From Octopus vulgaris (taxonomy: Eukaryota): a stretch of DNA of 64,000 bases. Shown here one piece after another: positions 13,956-28,097 of this stretch. Location: contig OX597826.1 in assembly GCA_951406725.2 (NCBI GenBank), positions 18,972,001-19,036,000 of the forward strand, in the 5' to 3' direction. Numbering within the stretch: the stretch's first letter is position 1; each line of letters begins with the position of its first letter. Made by a program: the position numbers and the translations under genes. The notes beneath the pieces are model-generated. The model saw nothing but the letters and a program-made list of their open reading frames with translations, was not told the DNA's origin and did no database searches.

Positions 13956-14836
13956 ATAAGTGATGATCATGTTGATCATTTGAGCGTTTCAGTAAAAAGA
14001 CAAGAATTCAACTTGTACAAGGAACAGGAAAATAAACTCAAACTTATATTAATTACTGAAAACTGGTTACAACTGCAATATATATATATATATATATAAG
14101 AATATATATATATATATATGCAAGAATATTCTACAAATTAAAAACATGGTTGGAATTGATATTTCAAATATTCAAGATTTAAAGAATGCATTTATCAAAT
14201 ATGCAGAAACCACAAATTATAAGGGAAGATAAGGCATCAAATTTTGGCACTTAAAGAATGTCTCATCATCCACACACACACACACACACACACAAAAGTG
14301 CATGCTTTAATGTGTGATGAATAGATATACAAAAATATACACATATACATCTGATTTATATAAATACAGACACACACATATATAAAAGTAAATACATATA
14401 CATTTTCACATAATTAAAATAATTTTATTTTTGTGCGCAGCTGCACTACTCCATCAGCCCTCCCTCTCACTATATCAACCACTACCAAACTAAGACAGCA
14501 AGCCCTTCCTCAAAAGGAGATGTATCTAGGCATGTGAGATTCTGGGAAAAGGGTAAAACAGAAACCAGTACAAATTTCCTGCACAGCTACATGTATGCAC
14601 AAAGCATATGCAGAAAATACATCACTAACATAGAGATATAAACATATAAACCAAGAACCAGAAAATATTTTATTATTCTTTGAGCAGGGCCATTTCCACA
14701 TTGGTATCAAGAGGCTAAGTTTAGATAGTAGGTTAGCGCTAAATAAATAAATAGTCACACCACTTTATATACACAATGCCTGAATGATACAGTTCTATAT
14801 ATATAAGAGATGAGGAATTATGTACATCATTTTCAA

Positions 14837-14959
14837 TTGACGGATATTTGCCCTCAACTTGTTTGTTGTTAACACGTTTCAGCTGATATACCTTCCAGAC
14901 TTCATCAGGTGTCTTGGGGAAATGTGTTAACAAACAAGATGAGGACAAATATCCGTCAA
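14837..14959 (-). repeat. Fold-back Penelope-like terminal fragment with degenerate hammerhead core
   Basis: Inverted arms ~14837-14875 and 14924-14959; loop on minus reads CUGAUGA-AGUCUG..CAGCU-GAAACGUGUU; stem I does not pair. Confidence 0.6.
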
Positions 14960-15350
14960 ATGTAAATAATATAAATAATGCCTGAATGGTTAAGAATTTT
15001 GACTATCTTATAGTCTGGGGTTCAGTAACATCGGGTTGCACTTTGAGTGGTGTTTTGTACTAGAACTGCAGACAGACCAAAGCCACGTGAAAGAATTTAG
15101 TAAAAAGAAACAACAGGAAGACCATAGTACACACACACACACACATATATACATACAAACATGCATAACTGATGGTGTACACACACACGTTTTTATGTCA
15201 GCTTCCCCATACTTGTACAGGTCAGTCAAAACAAATGCTCTTGCAGAGAACCAACACTAGAATGTATACACACACACATACACCAAAATGTATACAAACT
15301 TTAATGGCTTCGTATTTTTTTGTTGTACACGTTTCGTGACGTCATGTGCC

Positions 15351-15395
<45 letters not shown>

Positions 15396-15489
15396 GTATA
15401 GATGTAAGTATGTACATATACATATGTGTATATGCATATATATATTATTTATATTATTACCTGATTGAATGCCATACATCCTCTTCCAA

Positions 15490-15532
<43 letters not shown>

Positions 15533-15537
<5 letters not shown>

Positions 15538-15857
15538 TCAGTCATTTGACTGTGGCCATGCTGGAGCACCGCCATTAGTCGAGTGAATTGATCCTATGAC
15601 CCATACCTTTGTAAGCCCAGTACCTATTCTATCCGTCCTCCTTTACAAAATGCTAAGTTGTGGGGACAAACAGACACACAAACATATACATACATCTTTA
15701 TATACAATGGGCCTCTTCCAGCTTCCGTCCACCAAATCCACTCCCAAGGCCCAAGGCTATAGTAGAAAACACCTGCCCAACGTGCCACGAAGTGGGACTG
15801 AACCAGGAACCAAGTGGTTGGTAAGCAAAATACTTACCACACAGCCACTCCTGTGCC
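15533..15857 (-). mobile_element. SINE family A
   Basis: Head GGCACAGGAGTGGCTGTGTGG..GGTTCAGTCC on minus; tail gtttcagtcatttgactgtggccatgctggagcac. Confidence 0.85.
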
Positions 15858-15912
15858 TATGTATATGTATATACATATTTATACGAATATATATATATGC
15901 ATATGAATATAT

Positions 15913-16292
15913 GTGGTGGTACAATGGCCCAGTTGTCAGGGCATCAGGCTTGCAATTGTAGGACAGCGTTTTTGATTTCCAGACAGGGTGTTGTGAGTGT
16001 TTATTGAGTGAAAACACCTAACGTTCCACGAGGCTCTGGCAGGGGGTTGTGGTGAAACCTGCTGTACTCTTCCACCACAAATTTCTCTCATTTTTTCTTC
16101 CTGTTTCTGTTGTGCCTGTATTTCAAAGGGCCATTCTTGACGCATTCTGTGTCATGTTGAATCTTCCCAAGAAATACGTTAAGAGTACACGTGCCTGTGG
16201 AGAGCACAGCCACTTACACAATTTCACAAGGAGGTTGTTCTGTTGAGTGAATGAACTGGAACCCTCATCGACGTAACCAATGGAGTGCAACA
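15913..16292 (+). mobile_element. tRNA-derived SINE family C, decayed
   Basis: tRNA-like head GGTGGTACAATGGCCCAGTTGTCAGGGC with degenerate B box; ~380 bp ending in (CAA); sits between TA tracts. Confidence 0.6.
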
Positions 16293-16315
16293 ATATGAAT
16301 ATATATATATATATA

Positions 16316-16460
16316 TTGGCGTTAGGAAGGGCATCCAGCTGTAGAAACACTGCCAGATCTGACTGGCCTGGTGCAGCCTTCGGGCTTGCCAGACCCCAGT
16401 TGAACCGTCCAACCCATGCTCGCATGGAAAGCGGACGTTAAACGATGATGATGATGATGA
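16316..16460 (+). mobile_element. RTE-LINE 3' tail fragment ending in (GAT)n
   Basis: Matches the 3' ends of RTE copies at 53480-53627 and 59715-59856. Confidence 0.8.
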
Positions 16461-16529
16461 TATATACATACATATATACACACACACACACACACATGTA
16501 CATACTTACATCAGTACATATATGTATCT

Positions 16530-17075
16530 GTGGGCACAGGATGTCACAAAACATGTTCAACAAAAAATACCAAGTACAAGTACTTAGAATGTGGACTATT
16601 TTTTCGAACAACAAAAGACACAAATGGAAAACAAGACAAACAATAAAAGGAAGGCAAGTTCTTGTCTGTCTTCTGTCCAAGCTTGATTTACACATTTGCC
16701 ACCAGAATCTCATTCAGGCTTAGCAGCCCTTCCGGTTTGTTTTCACTGTCCTGTTTGTGTTACCTTTGCAAAAATCTCAAATTTTATTGAATTTGCTTTG
16801 CAGGAGCAACTGTTTTATCGAACAAAAGTGTATATTGTTGTTAAATGCTCAAAATACGAGAGTAGAAAAACAGCCAACAACTGATGAAGGGTTGTTCTTT
16901 ATGTTGTTTGTTTTGTTTTCCATTTGTGTCTTTTGTTGTTCGAAAAAATAGTTCATATTTCATGTACTCGTACTTCGTATCCCTTTTATTGTACACATTT
17001 GTGACGTCCTGTGCCTACATATGCATATATATATTATTATATGATTGAACGCCACGCATCCTCTTCCAAGTAAGT
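16530..17075. repeat. Fold-back element with ~115-bp imperfect inverted arms (Penelope-like terminus)
   Basis: ttttttcgaacaacaaaagacacaaatggaaaaca (~16590) is inverted at ~16915-16950; CTGATGAAGG at 16881; the right end is repeated at 15320-15490 and inverted at 30735. Confidence 0.6.
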
Positions 17076-17802
17076 TTTATCTATATATTTATATACACAC
17101 ACACACATATATATAATTTAACAGGAATGCTTAAAAATTAAGCTTACAGCATAAAACCGGCAACAGTCACCAAACAATGAACAAATTGTTCCTTGATGTT
17201 GTGATTACATTGTTTGTGTTATCAGCAGAGTCTGAAGCAGAATGTCTATGGATTTAGAAATAGGGATTTGTAAAAAAATTAAATTTTGTCTGCAGGTTAC
17301 ATTGAAAATTTGGAAAAAGAAATCTATTTTGGTAAACACTGACTTTACAATCATTCGAGGACTGTATACGTCGGGGTGGGTGGGAGAGAGACACACACAC
17401 AAGCTCTGTGTGCACATCATTACACTTCCATTCTTCCCTTGATTGTGCCCTTATTCTCAGACTATGCTACTTCCCCACCATCTTCGATATCATGTGACTA
17501 ATGTATGGGAGCACACACCTATTGTGTGTATGATGTTTGCATTCTGCATCATTGCATGAAAGTGTTGACCTAAAAATAATAACATCTGTTGTCACTATCA
17601 GCAAAAATTGTCCTCTAGGTAGAATTTTAGAAATTCCTCCCTTTAGACACGGATAAATGTCCGTGACAGGAATGGCATACAACTGTAAAACAATACACCA
17701 ATAGCTTATATTTGTGCTAACTGAGCTAACACAGAAAAAAGACTAAAACAAATATATATATACACACACATATATATCTATATCTCCATCTTTTCTTTTC
17801 GT

Positions 17803-18158
17803 TTTATTTGTTTCAGTCATTTGACTGCAGCCATGCTGGAGCACCGCCTTTAGTTGAGCAAGGACTTAAAGCTTAGTACTTATTCTATTGGTCTCTTTTG
17901 CCGAACCGCTAAGTTACAGGCATGTAAACACACCAACATCAGTTGTCATGGGATTGGGGGTGGAGAGACAAACACAGACACACAAGCGTGTGTATATGTG
18001 TATATATATATACGATGGGCTTCTTTCAATTTCTGTCTACCAAGGCTTTGGTTGGCCCAAGACTTATAGTAGAAGACACTTGCCTATGGTGCTACATAGT
18101 GGGACTGAAACTGGAACCATGTGGTTGGGAAGCAAGCTTCATACCCACAGCCATGCCT
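17803..18158 (-). mobile_element. SINE family A
   Basis: Colinear with 45303-45740. Confidence 0.85.
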
Positions 18159-19299
18159 GTGTCTGTGTGTGTGTATATATATATACACACACACAGACAC
18201 ATCGTAGGAAATGTTTTGTAATACTTGTTGCAGTACACTGTACTCTTATCTTTTTATTGTTGAGGTCAATCTTGCTCGTCAATCATTTGAAGTTCATAAA
18301 GGAAACTTGACAGTGTTCATTGCTGTGCTTTACACACTGATGGCAAAGTCTGTGATATTATGCCAAGCTATATCTGCCCTTGCCCTTCCAGTAGCAGTAT
18401 AAAGGGGAGACTTATATGATGGACACCAGCCGGTGTTCTATGAAAATGTTACACAGGCCTGCACCCTGGTGAGGAACTTCACAGGTTCTGTCCCTCTTAC
18501 ATGTGTATACACACACAAACATATCTAATCCAACCATGTTGACACAAAGTTCTATGTTTTCATAATTCTAAACATACTAGTCTTATTTAAAAGAAAATCA
18601 GTATAAAATATCAACCCACACCCATAAACTAAATTGGTATAAAATATGCAGGCACACACATGAAACTAACTTTACAATCAGTATGTGTTACATGCTGCCA
18701 TTTCTGCACTTGTAGTTATCTGTTGACCTATCTTAAGGTGACCTCGTGTAAACACATTAGAAAATACTACATTGTAAGAAATTAATATTTTGCACTTCCA
18801 TCTAACATACTCATATCACATTCTTTCATTGCTGTTTCCAACCCCCAATAATTTACACTGCATAATGTTACATATTGCTGCATTAGGTTGAAGAGAGACG
18901 GGCAGTTTTGTAAAAGTACAAGCTATTGGAATTCGTTGATAAGTTAGAAGCTGTTTCAAGTGAACAAAAGGTGCTGTACGTTGCTCTCACTACTCACAAA
19001 CTGATGCTTCATCATGAAGCTATGTTTAGAGGTTACTCATTATTCTAGCATATGTGCCATGCTACTCTCTGGTTTCAATAAACTTATATCATGGTAAAGG
19101 GGCTTGGTCAGGGCATCCTGTTTGGAATATATTTGAATGTCCATGTAAACTACTTTCAGGTTGCTGTTCATATATTTGGAGTGAGAACTGCTTTCACGAT
19201 AAATTACATTTATTGCTGAATAAAACCTAAAAAAATTTTGCAAATAGAACTCCTAACTAGCAATCAAATAACCTTATTAAGTGGCTTTGTTTCGAAGGA

Positions 19300-19514
19300 C
19301 CTTTCACAAGTTGCTACCAACTTGCCTGTTGGACTCAAACGCCGTGTTTTAAAGTAATCTAAATTAATGACTTCCATCAAAATTCCATGCTAATTTAAGT
19401 TCCAAGCAGCAGTTTAATAATGACAAAATTATTTTACTAAATTCTTAATTATTTTAAAAATTAATTGAAACAAAGGGAAAGGATTTTAGCAGAAATACGG
19501 TGATGAAAGGGTTA
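19300..19514. mobile_element. piggyBac-type MITE (decayed)
   Basis: Ends GTGATGAAAGGGTTAA; body matches the 8560 copy. Confidence 0.65.
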
Positions 19515-20034
19515 AACTAGTATTTGCTGGATGCTTATACTATGAAGAAATTGGAAATTTCACTATTATACTGCTGTATTTAACAGTTGACTTCAAACTA
19601 CATATAGTCATAATGTTGGTGAATAGTGGCAAAACATCACTGTTAACCTTAGCTTCAAAAATGCAGGAAAAAATGTGCCTACTTTCCTCACACAATATAC
19701 AAATGTCCAAAACCATCCAACCTGTTTGATAAAGAAGAACAGAACACCCACACACAAAAGAACTCTTTTGTTACCATCATTTTGTAACTGTCTCTCTCTC
19801 TCCAGAATTGCAAAAGCTACAAAGTGGAGACTGTGTGTAGCTTTATTCATTAGACAGAAACAGTTTTTGAGATTTATTTAAAAGAAACTACAACTTTATC
19901 CGGATAATGCTACAAAAATAGTCTTATGGTCTCCCCAAAAATTCAATTTAGAAAGAAGTGGCAGGTAGCTGCACAAGCGTAGCAGAATGTCCAGTCTTAG
20001 AGAAACTAAAGTTCTGTTGAGAATTTATATTATT

Positions 20035-20388
20035 CTTTTATTTGTTTCAGTCATTTGACTGCAGCCATGCTGGAGCACTGCCTCTAGTCGAAGAAATCGA
20101 CCCCTTTGCCAAACTGCTAAGTTACAGTGATGTAAACACACCAACATCAGCTGTCAAGTGATGAGGAGGTGAGCACTCAGACATGCAAACACACTCACAT
20201 TTTTTTATATTTTTTTTTATTTAGTTTCAGCTCACAAGCTGTGGCCATGCTGGGGCACCGCCATTTATGTAGTTTCCATCCACCAAAGCCACTGACAAGG
20301 CTTTGGTTGGCCTGGGGCTATAGTAGAAGGCACCATGCAGTAGGACTGAACCCGGAACCATGTGGTTGGCAAGCAAGCTACTTACCAT
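20035..20388 (-). mobile_element. SINE family A fragments
   Basis: Tail motif occurs twice (20042, 20224), head at ~20340-20388. Confidence 0.75.
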
Positions 20389-20699
20389 GATGAACATCTA
20401 TATGAACACTGGTCAAAATTTGTGACAGAAATGTAATGTTTGAGGGATATGAAACTCTTTTTGTTTCCTGGATGACACCAAGCATTTCCTCAAATACTCA
20501 AAATTTAAATGTTTTTAAAATATAATTTTCTTGTACAACTGCATTGGATTTGGATTTACAGGTCAGTAAAAGAAACAACACTTACAAAAACCTAAAAATA
20601 CAGTTAAAATTTATTAACAGACTAAGAATCTATTAAGGACAATCATTTACAAAAGTGGGTCTGATGAGTCAGTATTAAACAATATAATTTCCATATCTT

Positions 20700-21328
20700 T
20701 TACTCTTCTACTTGTTTCAGTCATTTGACAGAGGCCATGCTGGAGCACCGCCTTTAGTTGAGCAAATTGACACCAGGACTTATTCTTTGCAAGCCTAGTA
20801 CTTATTCTATTGGACTCCTTTACCGAACTGCTATGTTACAGGGACGTAAACACACCAGCATCAGCGATGTTGGGAGAACAAACAGACACACACACATATA
20901 TTATATCATCATCATTTAACGTCCGTTTTCCATGCTAGCATGGGTTGGACGGTTCAACTGGGGTCTGGGAAGCCAGAAGGCTGCACCAGGCCCGGTCTGA
21001 TCTGGCAGTGTTTCTACAGCTGGATGCCCTTCCTAACGCCAACCACTTCGAGAGTGTAGTGGGTGCATTTTATGTGCCAGACAAGGCTGGCAGATGGCCA
21101 CGATCGGATGGTGCTTTTTACGTGCCACCGGCCACGGTCGGATGGTGCTTATATATATATATATACACACACACACAATAGACTTTCGTCAACCAAATTC
21201 ACTCACATGGCTTTGGTCAGACCAAAGCCATAGTAGAAGATACTTGCCCAAGGTGCCATGCAGTGGGACTGAACCTGGGACCATGTAGTTGGTAAGCAAG
21301 CTACTTACCACACAGCCACTCCTGCACC
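20700..21328 (-). mobile_element. SINE family A interrupted by an RTE 3' tail (20905-21150) in its central microsatellite
   Basis: SINE tail 20700-20890; catcatcatttaacgtccg RTE tail on minus; SINE head 21185-21328. Confidence 0.8.
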
Positions 21329-24300
21329 TATGCTTACAACAACATTGAGGTATCATTTTTTTTCTCCAATTATCCCAACTCTTTAGCAGTCCTACCACTG
21401 CATCTCAGTGACACTATTCTAACATACGATATATGCTACTGCCATTCTATTTGGATTCTGAAAAAATTAATTAGGAAGATAGTATAATAATTTGTGAGAT
21501 TTACATGATATAAAAAAATTCCTTCAACACTGGGAATCACTAACCATTTTCATCAATGTAGAAATCTTCAAACAGTAAATAAATGAGAAATAGTAAAATC
21601 TAAAAGACTCATTATTCTGTCAGTTAAACAATTACAGAACTCTTCTCTAATTAGAACAATTTACACCTTCATTAAAGAAAACAACTAATCAATCGGTCAA
21701 TAAAATATGATGCAATACTAGACTAAGATTTGAGTGTCATTTGACTGAAACTAAACAAACCTGGCAAAATTACTAAATACCAAAGTGAAAAGAAACCAAG
21801 TGTCATCTCTAAAAATTACACTAGAAGAAAGTTCCTGAAAAGCACTAATCCTACAAGAATTACTAGGTTCCTTCATTACTGGGATTAATTTTATCTCATT
21901 TTTTTAGCTACTGATAACAGCTTTGCCATTATTTTGCTTTAACAATAACAAATTTCTTTGGAAAATAAATATATGAAAAACAGCCAAAATAAACTTCATT
22001 GAATCTTCACCAACTACTTTAAAACTGATAAATTTACAGTTGTTAGTCAGAGGCTTGAGTGTCTGCTAGTGAATGAATTCCAATCAGATAAGGGGTACTT
22101 TATTGGATGTGGTCTAGGTTGTCTGCCTCATTAGTAGTAGCATCACCACAATGGAGCAGCACTCACTTGAGTGGAGTACCATCAACTGCTGGGTATATTC
22201 TCTGAAGAAAAAAACCAGTCATTGGAATGCAGTCCTAACAATGTTAAAGAATGAAGTCTCTAGTAGAATGTTATTTGTGTTTAGTGACGATGTGGTGTAT
22301 TGGTATTATTTTGCTGGTAAAAAAGAAACAAGATTGGTACACAACCCCTGAACAATGCTCTCAAAGCTTATGAAATCAATGTAGGTTTGGCATGCAACAG
22401 TGTCTAGGCTACATATAGCTGTTGCATATTGGGGAGGAATGAAGGTCATGATATATAGAAATTTGGAGACAAAACCAAAACCTGGGAAACACCAGAGATA
22501 ATTAAGTGTGGGACAGAGAAAGCCCCATCAATAGATACCACTATGATGCAATCAGGAAACTACTAATCTAAGACATGAAATATGGGTGGAGTCTGTGGGC
22601 AGGAGGTTCTGAGAATTGCATACCAGATGGTTGAATGCTTTCCTGATGGTGAGGGCAAAAATTTTGCTTTCACTGAACTTCTTCCAAGTGGATCAAGTGG
22701 AAGCTACACAGGTGGTCACTGAGGAGAGAGAGAGAAGTTCAAAGTAGTGGAGAGTGTTAGGGCTAATAATCAGTTCCATTACCTTAGAGATGATACTGGT
22801 GATATATATTAAGCATCATTTTAAGGCTCCAGATGCACCATCAACAAATTATGCCAGGGGCATAGCTAAAGTTGACAGAACCCTAACATACAAAAAGGGT
22901 CAATAAGATGAATTAAATTAACAAAAATGAAGCATTCTACTTAAATAATTACATAATACCATTTACAATATTAATGCTTACATTTAAAGAAAAATAAGAG
23001 ATTTTCCTAATTTTAGCCTATCTGTTATCAACCTGCCTAACACAATGTGAACTTTTTTATTGTCCTAAATCTGCACCCTTCCAAACTCTGGCTATAATTA
23101 CCAATACATACTTAAATGATGATGACAATGTGAAATTTTATTGGTTTCTTAGTGATAACATTTGATTTCTCTAAATAAACACTTCCTATACATTGTCCAA
23201 CAAACATTATGATGATAATTTTTACAAATGAGTACCAAGAGATTTTTCATGTAGTTTGATTCAACAGTAAAGAAATATATTCAATTTTGGCCACCGGTTC
23301 ATTAGAAACGTTATCAGTTTTTGATACTTAACCAATTTAAATTTGAGAAATTCTTAAAATCTAAGCACTAGTATGAATTATTTTTTATAAATTTAACCTT
23401 TAAACCAACTAATATGTAAGTTAGTCCGTGTTTAAAATTTCAGTCACATTCAACCGAAGTGATGTAATCAACTACATTGTTTAAAAATACAATATTAAGT
23501 TACTTTTTAACTTAACATATTCCAGCAAATTTATATTGTTCTAATCCCAAAGATTTATTTATGAATAAAAAAAAAATGATAAAAGTTTATTTTACAAATC
23601 ATTCAGCCAAATTTTATGAACACCACTATGGATATATACTTCATGGATGAAGTTAACCAGAAGACTGAGGTCCACTAACTACATTGTGGAGAAAAACAAC
23701 CCAGCAACAACTTAATATCTCCATATATAACAGCTTTTTAAAAATTCCCCACTGTGCTAGCCAGACCTGGCTTCTCGCACATACCCTACATTGTCATTCT
23801 AAAAATATACAATCACATCACCTAAACCTCAAAGCTAAAAGACGATACATGGTTAATTCCAAAACAAAGTAAATAAATAAGCATATAATTAGACAGAATA
23901 ATCTAAATGCTGAAATGTTAAAGCAACTTTTAGAGAGAAGACCCAAACTATTACCAACCTACTTTACAGTATGGAGTGCGTGCATTTTATCCAGCTGCCA
24001 AAGAATGTCTGCAACAGGATCAAGAGTTCCTCACACGTTATCTATTTTCCCTAAATACTATTCTAAAATATGTGTATTTCTAATTACTAATGTTTGAAAA
24101 TGTTGCTGCTGCCATAAGAATTTATAAACTTTCAAGAACATGAAATATTTCTTTTTTTTTTTGGAATTTGGAACTAGAACTACAAATAAAGCTATAAATC
24201 ATAGCATGTAAATATTGGATTGAAAAATGCTTGTGGAACGAAAAAGTTAAAAGCTACCCCTGTTTTCTTGCTTTTGAAAACAATCAAAACTGAATGTTAC

Positions 24301-24590
24301 ACATATGAGGAGAATACAATGTACATCTATATCAATTATCCACATTGAAAATGCAATCTAATGTGCATATTAATTATCCACACAACAGTAACGGTTATTT
24401 TGATTGACAAGAGGCAGTTAAAAACTCCAAGTAGGATGGAGCAAAAAAAGAAAAAATTGTTACAAGAGACCAAATTAAGGTAACAAAATGCTACAAAAGG
24501 GGGCTACAATAACATTTTTGCATAGAGGATGGTGGGGTAACATGCAATAACTGAAGTAATATATTTATAATTATTTAATATGATTTCTAC

Positions 24591-24701
24591 CTGTCTTTGC
24601 TCACAGCTGTATATTGGTAAAGAAAGAATCACAGCAAGATGAAGAATACTCCTAAAATGTGTGAGAGATAATATACAGTTGTCGTCTAAGATTTCCTCTG
24701 C
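24591..24701 (-). other. Candidate internal exon (111 nt) of an unidentified host gene
   Basis: Minus strand tgtttctattttattttgtAG|GCAG...ACAG|GTagaa; not visibly repetitive; only the phase-0 frame is open (AEEILDDNCILSLTHFRSILHLAVILSLPIYSCEQRQ), not recognised, so may be UTR. Confidence 0.45.
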
Positions 24702-26389
24702 CTACAAAATAAAATAGAAACAATCAATAGTATTGATATATAGCACACACACACAAATGTGTATACACACACGTACATGCACATATATACTACTTCCATT
24801 TAAATTTTATGGTGTTTTTCCATTCTAGCATGGGTCCCTTTCTTTCACTAACCTTTGCTGATTCTTCAAGTAAGAGATCTCTTTACATACATTTGAAAGT
24901 ACAAAGCTAGTAAGTGATTTGTTAACAAGTGAAGATACATTATTACTGCTCAGCAATTTTCAAAGGAATAGAGGTGTGAATGAACACAAACAAGGCAGTT
25001 TCCAACTATTAAGTCCATCTATAAAAGATCTGGTTAGCATATGAATATAATAAACACTTGCTCATGATGTCACATATTGGGACTGACCACAAAGCCATGT
25101 AGTTGAGAGGTAAAGACAGGAATGACTTAACATGTGTGTATATGTTGTTCCTCCTTGTTTTGACATTGCATTAAAGCAGTGTCATTCATTTCCAATTTTC
25201 TACAAGAACATGTCTGACCATGGGAAAATATTACCATATCAACACACACACACACACACATGTACATATAAAAACACATAAACAGATATATACATACATT
25301 TACATATAATACATTAAAGTAATCATATCTGCCAACTGCACATAGATGTCTGATGAAATGGTCTGGTTATGTAACAAAGTGATGTAATACATGACTAAGC
25401 AAAAAATAACCATTCAATAGAAACAGTCGTAATGTAACATAACATCCCTCTTCTTATTTTTGTAACATCACATTTACACCAAGATAAATGTGCAACACAT
25501 TTTTAGATAGAATGGGTTTACATCATGTTAGATATAAATTAACTACATAATGGTGTAATTCCTCCGAGTACACTGTTAGCCAATTACACACTTGTAAAAT
25601 ATATGTATATGTATGTGTAAATATATAATAGTAGTAATAATAATAAATGCCAAAACAAATTTCTATGTGTTGGTATGTCACACATCGACCCCCCCTCTCT
25701 CACTATTCAATGACACTTCTACTATTCCTCATGTTGGGGTGAGAGTAATAGTAGGCATAGAGACAGTGAGGGTGGTAGTAGATTGACGGCTGTGGTGGTA
25801 ATGGGCTGATAGTAATAGTATGAGCTGTAGTTGTGATAAAGGCGGAGGCAACAGTGATGATGGTGGTTTGCTGGTCGCCAAGGCAGTCAGTCAGGGATGA
25901 CAGTGATGTGAAAGACAGTGGTGATGATGGTAGCATCAGAAGTCTGAATGGTGTGTGTATGGCAGTTTGGTGGTGATGGTTGAAAACAATCAAGAGAGAG
26001 AGAGAGAAGAGAGAAAGAGGTTAGATAGAAACACAATTGTACTGACCCCTGAATGGGAAGGCAAAAAAATGCTGTTTATTTTGCAGCTTTGCAATAAGTT
26101 CCAAGCCAACAAATTATATCATTGTTTTGATGAAAATTGTTTATTGCTTGAAAAATATTGGTTAAGTTTAATAAAATTTAATATATACTCAATGCACAAA
26201 GTGTCATTGTTGGGTCTAAGGCCCAATGAAGAACCCTCCACAGGAGCTAGCTTCTAAATTATATGCCTAAATTAGGATGAGTGGAGATCTAGGGAACTCT
26301 CAGCATTTTAAAAACTTTTTATTAAAAAAAAAATTTTTTTTGAATCTTTTTTATTTTCTAAGAGTTTGAAAGTTGATAGCAACTTGTGC

Positions 26390-27420
26390 CGACATGAGAT
26401 CAAAACCTCAGATATGTTGTGGAGTAAGGAAGTTTCAGAGTCGATTTCTTAAAAATATATGTTGATGGAAAATTATTCTCAATTAATTTAAAGAATAACT
26501 AGTGGATGTTTTTAACCTGGAAGGAGAACAGTGGGGTAAAGCAAATAATATCCCATTTCCACACTGTTTTTTATAAAATTTCCGATTTACATTAATATTC
26601 ACCCCATTATCATAATTTAAATTGTTATTTTTTTGTATTATATCTACATTGTCCTAATTCAAGATGGGATACCTATATTTAGATTACCCAAATATAGGAT
26701 CATTCCAGCCAGCTTAATTCTAAATACAGTATTTTTCCCGTATATCATTTTTGTGTTAAAGCCACTATTCATAAAGGCCAGATAATGTGTTTGTATGTGA
26801 TTATTAAAAATCTGCTCGTTGGCAGATAGATTAGACATCCTAATTAATACTCCTTTAATTACGCTGTTAATGACATGTTTTGGATAGATAGATATGTTGA
26901 TATACTGGATAGTCTTTTATCCTTTAAATAAGGATAGAATAGGCCATTTTCCAAGTTCAGGGTAACGTCTAAAAAATTCACAATCATAGACCTGTTTTCA
27001 AAAGGGATATTTAAATTATATCCCTTAAAGACCCTAATTAATTGTTTCCTAATCCTATCAATTTTTTGTGAGGGAAGGTTCAAAATGGTAAATAAAGCAT
27101 CATCGCTATATAATCCCCAGCTAATATTTGGAAATTTAGTCCATGTCAGTGATTAGGGGAGAATCAGAGGATCCCATTGTAACATTGAAATTATCCAGGA
27201 TATCACTATGGGTTCAATATTTCTGATTATATGAGATTAATGTTTTTCTGGCAGATTGAATTATCTCTCAATCCAAAGGTGAAACGTTCTTAAAACTATT
27301 TGCAAATGCCAATGTCTTATCTAAAAGATTTGGAGATATTGACTGATAATAATAACCAATGTCAAATTGTACAAATCAAGTTTATTCATCGAAATATTAG
27401 GTTTCAAGCGCTCCGGTATT
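26390..27420 (-). mobile_element. Decayed Penelope-like element reverse transcriptase
   Basis: Minus translations FDIGYYYQSISPNLLDKTLAFA, NFNVTMGS, GLYSDDAL, IVNFLDVTLNLENG, DIICFTPLFS..STLKLPYS match PLE RT motifs (FDI..YPSI, F.VTMGS, GLYRDD, FLDVT, IIWFNPPFS). Confidence 0.8.
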
Positions 27421-27610
27421 ACAATCCAAAGAGAAGCAGTCATCATAAAAGAAAACTTTCCACCTCACTCTTCTGATAAACTCACTGTATTTTGTATTCC
27501 CACAGCAAAGGAATTTAACCTGCGAATATCTGTCCTCCATTTTGATGTTGAAGTGTTAGCTTTTGGTGCAGCAATTTCTAGGGCTGTCCATGAAAAATAT
27601 CCCATATATA

Positions 27611-27968
27611 CTCTTACTCTTTTACTTGTTTCAGTCATTTGACTGCGGCCATGCTGGAGCACCACCTTTTAGTACTTATTCTATCGGCCTCTTTTTGCCG
27701 AACCGCTAAGTGACGGGGACCTAAACACACCAGCATCGGTTGTCAAGCAATGCTAGGGGGACAAACACAGACACACAAACACACACACATATATATACAT
27801 ATATACGACAGGCTTCTTTCAGTTTCCGTCTACCAAATCCACTCACAAGGCATTGGTCGGCCTGGGGCTATAGCAGAAGACACTTGCCCAAGATGCCACG
27901 CAGTGGGACTGAACCCGCAACCGTGTGGTTGGTTAGCAAGCTACTTACCACACAGCCACTCCTGCGCC
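27611..27968 (-). mobile_element. SINE family A, relatively young
   Basis: Full head GGCGCAGGAGTGGCTGTGTGG, B box GGTTCAGTCC; most CpGs retained. Confidence 0.9.
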
Positions 27969-28097
27969 TATATATATATACAAATCTATATTTATTTATA
28001 TACATAAATGTATATATGTATATATACAAGCATATATACATGTACATACATATACTCGTGTATATACACACATATATATATATGTATATACATATAT

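Noticed and set aside
22050-22870. Possible decayed LINE endonuclease region
   Set aside because: Composition suggestive but no diagnostic motif recovered.
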